From Anaeramoeba ignava BMAN (lineage: Eukaryota; Protista; Anaeramoebae), in the NCBI GenBank assembly GCA_028826165.1, contig JAPDFW010000126.1, positions 96,515 through 160,514 of the forward strand: a DNA stretch of 64,000 bases. Reading direction: 5' to 3'. Each line of letters starts with the position of its first letter. Within the stretch, counting starts at the first letter, position 1. Made by a program: the position numbers and the translations under genes. Shown here piece by piece: positions 43,401 through 53,214 of the stretch. The notes beneath the pieces are model-generated. The model was not told the DNA's origin, searched no databases, and saw only the letters and a list, made by a program, of their open reading frames with translations.

Positions 43401-43774
43401 TGAAGAGATCCAGTATAAGGATCAATAGTAATAACTTGAGTATCTCTTCTTGTTGAAAGAGAAGAAATAATAAACTAAGAAATATTTTAATTTTTTAATT
43501 GAATATTTAATTTAATTTTTTAATTTAATTTTTTAATTTAATTTTTAATTGAATATTTTATTTGAATATTTTAATTTAATATTTAATTTAATATTTTTCT
43601 TACATATTCTCCTGATGTTGTTTCTAAAAGTGTATGTTTTGTTTGTCGATAACTTGTTTGTATTTCAGTTATTTGTTTTGGTTTTATTTTTGTTGTTTTA
43701 TTTTTTTGTTTTTTTTCCTTTTTCTTTTTTCTATGATCTTTGTGATTTCTTTTTTTTTTTCTAAACGTACCCAT
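34448..43774 (-). CDS. SAC9: SAC9-type phosphoinositide phosphatase (SAC domain, Cys-rich FYVE-like region)
   Basis: Exons 43774-43604, 43474-43241, 43136-43036, 42965-42852, 42420-42212, 42107-41946, 41560-41045, 40581-40043, 38009-36137, 36049-35910, 35842-34448. Motifs SLSTRRDTQVITIDPYTGSL, HFYCES.DITKPFPS, PGTRYHARGLN, GNEMECE, WRRGTVPVRW, catalytic RYNCADSLDRTN, all matching plant SAC9 signatures. Confidence 0.9.
38010..40042 (-). repeat. ~2-kb SAC9 intron of 12-bp repeat (ataaataatttt)n
   Basis: GT at 40042-40041 and AG at 38011-38010, phase 0. Confidence 0.9.
40582..42851 (-). repeat. Three SAC9 introns (40582-41044, 41561-41945, 42421-42851) built from (aatttt)n
   Basis: Hexamer repeat visible between conserved SAC exons. 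Confidence 0.85.
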
Positions 43775-43825
43775 TTTATTTAAACAAACAAAAAAATTAA
43801 TTTAAAATTTAAAATTTAAAATTTA

Positions 43826-43875
43826 AAAAATGAAAAATGAAAAAAATGAAAAATGAAAAATGAAAAAAAATGAAT
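43826..43875 (-). promoter_or_regulatory. Tandem Inr-like TTTCATTTT motifs upstream of SAC9
   Basis: Six aaaatgaa units on the + strand, 50-100 nt upstream of ATG 43774. Confidence 0.65.
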
Positions 43876-43991
43876 TTTTTTTGTTCCACTTTTTATTTAT
43901 TAAATTTTGATTTTGATTTTAATTTTAATTTTAATTTTAATTTTGATTTTAATTTTGATTTAAATTTTGATTTTTAATTTTGATTTTTAAA

Positions 43992-45834
43992 TTATTTGAA
44001 TTCAATTTGTAAATTATCATTTGAATTATTTTGATCATCCCTATTATCATTTAATTGTAAATTTTCATTATTTTCCTTTTGATTTTGAAAAACTTTTTCT
44101 TTATTTTCAGTAGAAATTATAGAAAGACAATTCCATTTTCCATCAATATCAGCTCTCCAAAGTCTAACAGTACCATCATCTGCAGAACTAGCAAGAATAG
44201 TTCCAGTAATATTCCATTCAACTTTCCAAACCTATTTTTTTTTTAAATTAAATAAATAAAAAAAAGTGGAATAAATATTTAAATATTTAAAAAAAAGTGG
44301 AATAAATAATTTTAAATAAATATTTTTAAATAATTTTAAATAAATAATTTTAAATAAATATTTTTAAATTAATATTTTTAAATAATTTTAAATAATTTTA
44401 AATAAATATTTTGTATATAATTTTATATAATAACCTCTCCAGTATGCCCTTCACAAACAAACGGATAATTTGGTGCAATTTTCTTCGCTGATTCATCTAA
44501 TTTCCAAATTCTTACTTTTCCATCTTTTGATGCTGTTGCAATTAAATGAAAAGATCTCCCAATTTGAGGAGCCCAATCAACATGATTAACAATATCATCA
44601 TGTGCTAATTTTAAACCTTCAGTCCATTTTCGTGAAGTTTCAATAAATTCCCAAATCTATTATAATAGAATAAATTAAAATATTTCTAAATAAATTTTGC
44701 TTTGATTTTTTTCTTTGATTTTTTTCTACTTGTAAAGGATTTAATCTATCATTTGAAGCAATAGCAATCATTGGAATTGATCCTCTAGAAATATTCCAAG
44801 ACATAGAATTAACACATAGTTTTGAAACTTGAAATTCATGCTTTTTTAATTTAAATGACATTTTTTTCAATTTGGAAAATTTGTTCATTTTCATTTTAAA
44901 TTGATAAAAATAATTACAGTTTGAGCCCAACGTGAAAGATCCATAATATCAGGTGCTTCATACATTCTAAGCATCCCAGATGAATCAGCTGTTGCCTATT
45001 TAAGAAAAATATTTTATCAAAAAATTTTTGTGGAAAATATTGTTGGATAAAATTTGATGACAATCTAATTTCTTGATTAAATAGTTGATGAATTACAAGT
45101 TTTAAACCAAAATGACTTGGTGCAAATTTTATATCTTGAATAGACATCTGTCCATCGCTAATTGTGGCTTTTTTAGCCCAATAACTAACTGTATTTTTTT
45201 GATCTTGAATTGGTTCATCTTTTTTTTAATATTTATAAAAAACAATTCCAAATTAAATGTTGATAAAATTTCCAACAATCAAACATTAAAAATAAATCAA
45301 ATAAATTTTGATATTTTTTGTTTTCATTTTTTGAATATCGATCAAATTGAGAAAGAAAATAATGAGATAAACAAAGAAGTAAATGGAGAATTAAATGAAT
45401 AAAAGAAATAACTACCTTGTTCTTCCCAAATGCATACAGTTTGATCGAAAGAGCATGAGGCAATACATTGACCAAATTGAGGATGAGCCCAAACAATTTT
45501 CCAAATACTTCCATTATGTGCTTTCCATTCAGAAGAACAAACCCATCTTCCTTGTGATTTTTTTTCCCAGACCTTTGTTTTCAATTAATACCAAGTTTTG
45601 ATAAATAAAAAAATGGATTCAATTTGGATTTTTGATTTGTTTTTTTTTTTTACTTTGATTTTTTGATCTGAAGAACAAGTTGCAATTCTTTTTCCATAAA
45701 AATCAATAGAAACATCATGAATTAAAGAATCATGACTTGTTTGTAATTGAAATAATAATTTCTATTTTAATTTAAAAAACGGAATTTTGATTAAATTTTT
45801 GATTAAAATTTCTTTTGTTTTTTTTTTTTACCAT
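43992..45834 (-). CDS. SEH1: Nucleoporin/GATOR2 WD40 protein Seh1
   Basis: First coding exon is the ATG alone (45834-45832), then 45761-45654, 45572-45416, 45218-45097, 44995-44918, ~44840-44730, ~44656-44435, 44231-43992. Motifs [81 protein letters not shown]. Confidence 0.93.
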
Positions 45835-45921
45835 TTATTTAAAAAGAAAAAAAATGAAAAAAATGAATTTTTTTTTTATAAAATTTTTTTAATTTTTCTT
45901 TTTAAAAATTTTCCTTTTTTT

Positions 45922-46410
45922 ATGCAAAACTTTTCTATTGAAAATCTTTACTCAAAAATTTATCAGGAAATTATTATAAAAACTAAACTTAATAAAGAAA
46001 TAAAAGGTGTTTTATATTTAGTAGATATTATTGCTAAGAATATTGTTATTATTGACATAGAAAATAAATCTCCCACAGTTATTTTTACAGACTCAATTTC
46101 CTCAATTAAAAATATTAGCACAGAAATACAAAATGATATTGTAGAAAAATTTGAAAAAGAGTGGATTAATTCCAAGAAAAACAATGATTTGGATTTGGAT
46201 CATATTCAAAATAGAAAAGATAAAATCATAAAAACAGCAACTCAACTTCATTTCCAAGTTTCTTACAATGATGAAGAAAAGATTATTTGTATAATGAATG
46301 AACTTTTTATCAAATTTCCTTATGATTCTCTTGATACAATATCATGTCAAAAAGAAATTGTTCTTTCTCGTTTTCTTGATATTTTTGCTCAAGAAGGAAT
46401 CTTTTTTTAA
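45922..46410 (+). CDS. GEMIN6: Gemin6-like Sm-fold protein (SMN complex)
   Basis: 162 aa. IYQEIIIKT...KGVLYLVDIIAKNIVII resembles Gemin6 IYKEVRVT...KGWVLTTDPVSANIVLV; C-terminal QNRKDKI...IKFPY...QKEIVLSR resembles EERKNSL...IDPPY...SNEIILSR. Confidence 0.75.
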   Translation: MQNFSIENLYSKIYQEIIIKTKLNKEIKGVLYLVDIIAKNIVIIDIENKSPTVIFTDSISSIKNISTEIQNDIVEKFEKEWINSKKNNDLDLDHIQNRKDKIIKTATQLHFQVSYNDEEKIICIMNELFIKFPYDSLDTISCQKEIVLSRFLDIFAQEGIFF

Positions 46411-46498
46411 AAAAGAAAAATATTAGAAAATGTGTTGATTTGGATAATATCTTTATTCTAAAATTTTATTTTTTAAAAAATGTTGAAATTAAATTGAT

Positions 46499-48893
46499 TT
46501 AATTGAACCAAATTTCCAAAATCATTTCTAAATTTGAATCAAATAAAGAATCAATTAATAAAATTGTTGGGAAATTAAATTGATTTTCTTTTTGTTGAGA
46601 TCGTGAAGAAATTAATTTTGGAAATAAATCTAAATTTGATCTAATTGGATTTTCTTTTGAGTGATTTGAATAAATATTGATTGAAACGATGTTTTCTTGT
46701 TTGATTTCTTGATTTGTTTGTGAATCAATCAAATCTAAAATTGTTTCAAAAAATAAATCAAATTCAAAAATTTCTTGATTTGCTTGATCTTCTTGTGATT
46801 TTTGAATGTAAACTAATCCAATTCCAAAATGCCTTGAAATTGTAACACTTTTCAATAAAATTTGTAAATTTTGATAAGACGAAGTTTGTTCAGAAAAATT
46901 AAGAATTTTTTGATATTTTGAATCCATTTCTTCAATTTCATCTTGATCTTCAAAATTATAAGAATCATTTTGATAAGCAATTATTGAAAGCGATAAATTT
47001 GATTCATCTTTTTTCTCAACTGGAATAATAAGCATTAAATTTTCAACTGATTTTTTTTCCAAATCTTCAATAATTAATTTCTGCTTTTCACTTTTGTTTT
47101 GATTCAAAAAACTTTCAATTTGCTTTTGTAATTCATTTGGATCAACTTTTGGCGAAGAAACAAAAACCTTCCAAAGAATAACATTTCTAATTTCACTATT
47201 AAAAACTTCTAAATATCTTGAACAATTTTGGATGATTTGAAGAAATTCATTTTCAAAATTTAATTCATTTGTCATTGGCTTGATTCCCTTTATCAAAGAA
47301 CTGAAAATCATCCCATGAACAAGAACTTGATTTGAATAAAAACCTGGTGAACAAGGTGCCCAATTCGAAAGTGATTGAGCAAACAAGGTTTTCTTGATTG
47401 ATTTCGTGCAATCAGCAAAAAATTTGATTTGCACTGGAATTTCCTCTTTTGAAAAATGATGAAATAAAACACAAGGCGGTGTTTTTGGAAAGAATTTGGG
47501 CAAGAAGTGATTTAATAAAACTTGAATTTGCTCTTGTTCCACTTTTGCCCCCAATAATATCTCAAGTAAAAAAATTTGTTCTAATGAGAGATCTTGCTTT
47601 TTTAAAAGATGGAATATTGACATGAAAATAAATTCAATTTGCTTATCTAGTGGAAGATCGTTTTCTGATTTGATCGGCATAGAACTAAATATAAATTTCC
47701 CACTTTTGAATAAAATTAAATTTGGATCTTGGAATTTTTCATCAATTTCAAGATCTTGATAATAAAATTGAAGTTCTTTTGGTGGATTTAATATGGATTC
47801 AATAACTTGAGATTTTTTCTCTTTCGTTTCAATTCCTTCTTTTTTTTCTATTTAAACCAAAGAAAAAGAAAACAATAAATTTTCTTTTCGAAATGAATAA
47901 ATAATAAAAACCTAAATGAAATTTTTCAGGAATAATATATCCAACTGGTGCAAATTCATCATCAGAATGAATAACAATTTTTGATTGATCTATTACAATT
48001 TTATAATAAAATAAAGGGCAATCCAAAACTAATGATTCAAATTCTCCTCCCTTTAAAAAAATTTACAATTACAATTTAAAATTTTAATTAATGAAATTAA
48101 AAATTATATTGATATTAATATTTTGCATTTACTTCGCCACAAATATGAAATCCAAATTGATTATTTAATTGATGGAAATGCATTTCCATTTGTTTTAAAG
48201 TTTTTCCTAGATGTTTTTTTGGATCAAGACCTTTTTTTAAAAAAAATTCAATTAAAAATTAAAAATTCAATTAAAAAATTAAATTAAAATTTATAAACCC
48301 ATTGCAGCAACTTTAATAATAATTGCATCCATTCCAACAGATATCATTTCATGCATCAATTCTTTTTGATTTCTTCTCCACATTGGTGATAAAAGTTTCA
48401 ATCCAAGACGAAAACAACTAGGAATAAAAAAAGGTGAAAAAAAAAATAATTTTGACATTTTTTTTTTGGATTATTTAAAAAAAAATCAATAAGAAAAAAT
48501 TTAATACACATTTTCAACTCTTGTTCTTTGATAATCTGAAAAAATTGCTCCACAAGAAACACCTTCAATTTCAGGAAGAGTTTTCTTAACTTCCCATAAT
48601 AAAGCAAAAAGATCTTCAACTTCATCTTTTTGCGTTTGAGGAAAATATTCAAGATTTTGATCATTTGGATTTCCTTGAATTTTTCTTCTAAATAAAGGAA
48701 GATTTATGCAATCTGCGAATAAAGGAATGATTGAATGACCAACTGTTTGAAAACTGTATGAATCCATTTCTTGTGTTTTTTCATTTGGTGGATATAAATT
48801 TACTAATGCAACAATTTCATGTCCTAATTCAACACATTTTAAAGCGCTAAAGAATGAATCTTTTCCTCCACTAATCAAAGCACATAATTTCAT
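46499..48893 (-). CDS. DPH6: Diphthine-ammonia ligase with a long divergent C-terminal extension (Rid-like position)
   Basis: Exons 48893-48508, 48417-48299, 48230-48133, 48050-47912, 47847-46499. Motifs ALISGGKDS, EMDSYSFQTVGH, DEVEDL, GAIFSDYQRTRVENVC, HICGEGGEFESLVLDCPLF. Confidence 0.93.
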
Positions 48894-48917
48894 TTTCAAT
48901 AACAAGAAAAAAATGAA

Positions 48918-49460
48918 AAAATGAAAATTATTTTAATTTAATATTTAATTTATAAATTAATTTAAAAATATAATTTTGTATTTAATTCCATTATTAAAAT
49001 ATTAATTTAATGTTTTAGATTTAATTATTTTATTATTTAAATATTTTATTATTAAAATATAAAAAATGAAAATTATTTTAATTTAATATTTAATTTATAA
49101 ATTAATTTAAAAATATAATTTTATATTTAATTCCATTATTCAATTTATATTTATATGTTTTAGATTTAATTATTTTATTATTTAAATATTTTATTATTAA
49201 AATATAAAAAATGAAAATTATTTTAATTTGGTATTAATTTGATTTAAATTTTTGTTTTAAATTGAAATTATAAAAAGATTTTTATGCGAACATTGATAAT
49301 TTTTTTTTCATTTTCAATTTATATTTTTGTTTTAGATTTAATTATTTTATTATAAAAATATTTTATTATAAAATATAAAAATGAAAATTATTTTAATTTA
49401 ATATTTAATTTATAAATTAATTTAAAAATATAATTTTGTTTATTAAAATATTAATTTATT
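48918..49460. repeat. Short AT-rich tandem array, ~145-bp unit, ~3.5 copies, upstream of DPH6
   Basis: atgaaaattattttaattt recurs at 48921, 49066, 49211, 49381. Confidence 0.85.
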
Positions 49461-49506
49461 AAAAATAAAAAAAATAAAAAAAGAAATAAAAAGAAAAAAA
49501 AAAAAA

Positions 49507-49881
49507 TTAATTCTTTTTTTGATCGACAGATTTTGCTTGAATTTCTTTTTGGAGTTTAGCAATTTCTTCACTTAAACGATTAGTTCTAAACAAATATTCC
49601 TGTTGAATAAGGATAATTTCCTGTTCTTGAAGAGATTCAATTTGGGATAAAACATTACCAAGTCTTTTCAAAGAAAGAAAAATAGATTGAACAATATCAT
49701 GAACTTCTTGAAGAGTAAGAGCACTTGATTCCATACTCATTAAAGCTTTACTTAATCTTGTTGCTCCTGAAATTAAATCTTGTGCACTTTGGGTTAATAA
49801 TGCAAAATTCGTATTTTTTGGGGTTCTTATTTCTTGTTCTGCTTGAATTGTCTTTAAAAATTCTTCTAAATTTGGATTCAT
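49507..49881 (-). CDS. Small coiled-coil protein, function unknown
   Basis: 124-aa ORF with normal coding composition and heptad-like pattern; family not recognised. Confidence 0.65.
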   Translation of the reverse strand: MNPNLEEFLKTIQAEQEIRTPKNTNFALLTQSAQDLISGATRLSKALMSMESSALTLQEVHDIVQSIFLSLKRLGNVLSQIESLQEQEIILIQQEYLFRTNRLSEEIAKLQKEIQAKSVDQKKN

Positions 49882-50157
49882 TTTTTATTTTTTATTTTTT
49901 ATTTTTTATTTGCAATTTTAATTTTTAATTTTTAATTTTTATAAAGGAAAATGGAAAGAAATAAAAAAGTGAAAGGAAAAAATAGTTTTTTGTTTTTTTA
50001 ATTTTTTAAAAAAAAAATTTTTTTTTATTATTCGAAACTTGAGAATTTGAATTGAAAATTTAATTGAAAATTTATTTAGAAATTCGAATTTATTAATCAT
50101 TAAATTTAAATTCATTTTCAATTATTGAATTAAATTAATTCAATTAAATTTTTTGGA

Positions 50158-53139
50158 TTAAAAAAAGGATCGTGATTCAAAAAATAAATCAATTATGGAA
50201 TTTGTATTTAATTGATAATAATCTTTAACATCTTTAAACTCTTCTTTCATTTCTTCAGTAATTTCTTGTGTTTTGTCAAATTCATCATGATAAAGAAAAT
50301 GGATTAATTGTTGAATTGTTTCAAATGATTTTCCTGAATAATCATGAACTTGATTTGATGTATCTTGGACATTTAACTGAAACATTCCTTTGAATAATTC
50401 ACTTCTTATTATCAATATTAATTTGTGAACTTTAATTTCTTTTTCATCTCCAATAAGTATTGTAAAATCTTTGGTTTCGTTTTGTTGAAATAATTTGGAT
50501 AAATCTTGTATTATTCCTTTTCTTCCTTTTTTTGATTCGATCCATTTTGAATCAAATCCAATTTCCTTGAAAAATTCTGTTAAATCTTCTTCCTTCTTTA
50601 GAATATCTTCGAAAATTAATTTTGAGTTTTTTTCATTTTGGTAATATCGGGAATAATATGACGAATGAGACGAATTCTGATAAATTTCATCTAATTTTTG
50701 ATATAGATATTCAAAATCAATAAATCCTGTATAAATGAAATTTAAAACTAATTGAACAATTTCTTTTGATTTGACGTGGCAAACCTTGATCAATCTATAT
50801 AAAATTGCTTCATCCTTATCCAATCTTGCTAATAAAATTAATCTGTGAACATGAAATTTAAAACCATCATTTGATTGAATTGTGAGATCTGCAAATTGAT
50901 CTGATTTTAATAAATTATTTAAATCTTCATTGAATGAAAAGATTCTTCTGAAAATCGTCAACAAAGTATGACTGACATGATTATCTTTCAAATCATAAAT
51001 ATTGGCGTTATTTATTAATAAGGTTATCATCACAGAATAATTAATTATGGTTCTCATTTCACACGCTAAAACAAGAGGTGTTTTTGCATCATTTGTTTTT
51101 GCATTAATATCTGCACCTTTAGAAATTAAATACTTGATAATTTCATCTGATGTAAAATAATGATTAAGGAAGATATAATGCAAAGGTGTTTCATTTTTAT
51201 TGGTTTTTGCATTGATATCAGATCCTTTTTCAACAAGAAATTCAACAACTTCAATTGATTGATGGAAATTACAAGCAAAATGTAAAGGTGTTTCGTTATT
51301 ATTTGCTTTTGCATTGATATCTGATCCTTTTTCAACAAGAAATTCAACAACTTCTTTGGAATTATTTTTACAAGCAAAATGTAAAGGAGTTTCTTTTTGA
51401 TTTGTTTCTGCTTTAATATCAGTTCCTTTTGAAATCAAATATCGAATAACTTCTTTGGAATTATTTTTACAAGCAAAATGTAAAACTGTTTCATTATGAA
51501 TGGTTTTTGCATTTATATCAACTCCTTTGAAAATCAAATATCGAATAACTTCTTTGGAATTGGATTTACAAGCAAAATGTAAAACTGTTTCTTTTTGATT
51601 TGTTTCAGCTTGAATATCAGCTCCTTTGAAAATCAAATATCGAATAACTTCTTTGGAATTATCTTTACAAGCAAAATGTAAAGGAGTTTCGTTATTAATT
51701 GTTTTTGCATTTATATCAGATCCTTTTTCAATCAAATAATCAATAATTTCTGTATTGGCTTGTTTTTTCTCACACAAAAAATGTAAAATCCTTCTGTTAT
51801 GATTCATTTCGATATTAAAATCAGCTCCTTTTGATACCAAATACTTGATATTCTCAATAGGAGAATCGTTTAAACAGGCAAAAAATAAAACAGTTTCACG
51901 ATCTTCTGTTGGTTCATTAATATCTGCTCCTTTTTCAATCAAGTATTTCACAACTTCAAATGGATATGAGTAAAAAGCATAATGCAAAGGTGTTCTGCTT
52001 TCAGCAAAACCAATATCATAAATGGATGTGGAGATATTCAAATCTGCGCCATTTTCAACCAACAATTTGATAATTTCAAATGAGTCTTTTTGTTGGCAAA
52101 GAAGATGTAAGGGTGTTTCATCATCAAAACTTTTTGCATTTATATCAATCCCTTTTGAAATCAAATATCGAATAGTTTCAAATCTTTGTTTTTGATCTTT
52201 TCTGTTGCACAAAACATGCAGTATATTTTGATTAGAATAAGACTTAGTACCCAAATCTGCACCTTTTTCAACAAGAAATTTAATAATTTCAAAAGAGTCA
52301 TTTGAATTTTGACAAGCAAGAAGTAAAGGTGTTTCATTTGAATTTGTTTTTGCGTTAATATCAACTCCTTTTTTGGAAACTAAATATTCAACAACTTCTT
52401 TGGAATTATTTTTACAAGCAAAATGTAAACCTGTTTCTTTTTGATTTGTTTTTGCTTTAACATCAACTCCTTTTGAAATCAAATATCGAATAACTTCTTT
52501 GGAATTATTTTTACAAGCAAAATGTAAAACTGTTTCATTTTGATTTGTTTTTGCATTTATATCAATCCCTTTTGAAATCAAATATCGAATAACTTCTTTG
52601 GAATTGGATTTACAAGCAAAATGTAAAACTGTTTCTTTTTGATTTGTTTCGGCTTTAATATCAGATCCTTTTTCAACAAAATATTGAATAATTTGAATGG
52701 AATTATTTTTACAAGCAAAATGTAAAACTGTTTCTTTTTGATTTGTTTCGGCTTTAATATCAGCACCCTTTTCAACAAAATAATTAATCAATTCCATTTT
52801 TCCATCTCCTTTCCAATTACTTAATACATAATGTAAAGGTGTTTTTCCTTGATTATCTCTTTCATTAATAAAAACTCCACTTCCAATTAGAAACAAAATT
52901 ATTTTCATTTCTAAATTTTTTATAATTGCAAAATGTAAAAAATTTCTTCCTAAATTATCAATTAAATTTGTATTTATTCCTTTTTGAAATAAAACCTCAA
53001 TCATTTCAAAAGAAATTGTTGAAATTGTTTCAAAATTGAAATTAATTTCTTTTTGTTTTGATAAATCAATTTCTGCAAAATTATCAATGTTTTTTAAGTA
53101 TTCAATATCATTTTGTTCAATAGCTTTCAAAAAATTCAT
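50158..53139 (-). CDS. Ankyrin-repeat (~19-20 repeats) protein with two C-terminal BTB/POZ domains
   Basis: Repeated ETPLHFAC...LVEKGADINAK units; BTB starts FADLTIQSNDGFKFHVHRLILLAR and TKDFTILIGDEKEIKVHKLILIIRSELFKGMF...IHFLYHD. Confidence 0.93.
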   Translation of the reverse strand: MNFLKAIEQNDIEYLKNIDNFAEIDLSKQKEINFNFETISTISFEMIEVLFQKGINTNLIDNLGRNFLHFAIIKNLEMKIILFLIGSGVFINERDNQGKTPLHYVLSNWKGDGKMELINYFVEKGADIKAETNQKETVLHFACKNNSIQIIQYFVEKGSDIKAETNQKETVLHFACKSNSKEVIRYLISKGIDINAKTNQNETVLHFACKNNSKEVIRYLISKGVDVKAKTNQKETGLHFACKNNSKEVVEYLVSKKGVDINAKTNSNETPLLLACQNSNDSFEIIKFLVEKGADLGTKSYSNQNILHVLCNRKDQKQRFETIRYLISKGIDINAKSFDDETPLHLLCQQKDSFEIIKLLVENGADLNISTSIYDIGFAESRTPLHYAFYSYPFEVVKYLIEKGADINEPTEDRETVLFFACLNDSPIENIKYLVSKGADFNIEMNHNRRILHFLCEKKQANTEIIDYLIEKGSDINAKTINNETPLHFACKDNSKEVIRYLIFKGADIQAETNQKETVLHFACKSNSKEVIRYLIFKGVDINAKTIHNETVLHFACKNNSKEVIRYLISKGTDIKAETNQKETPLHFACKNNSKEVVEFLVEKGSDINAKANNNETPLHFACNFHQSIEVVEFLVEKGSDINAKTNKNETPLHYIFLNHYFTSDEIIKYLISKGADINAKTNDAKTPLVLACEMRTIINYSVMITLLINNANIYDLKDNHVSHTLLTIFRRIFSFNEDLNNLLKSDQFADLTIQSNDGFKFHVHRLILLARLDKDEAILYRLIKVCHVKSKEIVQLVLNFIYTGFIDFEYLYQKLDEIYQNSSHSSYYSRYYQNEKNSKLIFEDILKKEEDLTEFFKEIGFDSKWIESKKGRKGIIQDLSKLFQQNETKDFTILIGDEKEIKVHKLILIIRSELFKGMFQLNVQDTSNQVHDYSGKSFETIQQLIHFLYHDEFDKTQEITEEMKEEFKDVKDYYQLNTNSIIDLFFESRSFF

Positions 53140-53214
53140 TTTGCCTTTTTTTTTTTATTTAAATTTTTTAGTTTGAGGAAAAATGAAATCCAAAAAAAAT
53201 GCAAAATTTCAAAA

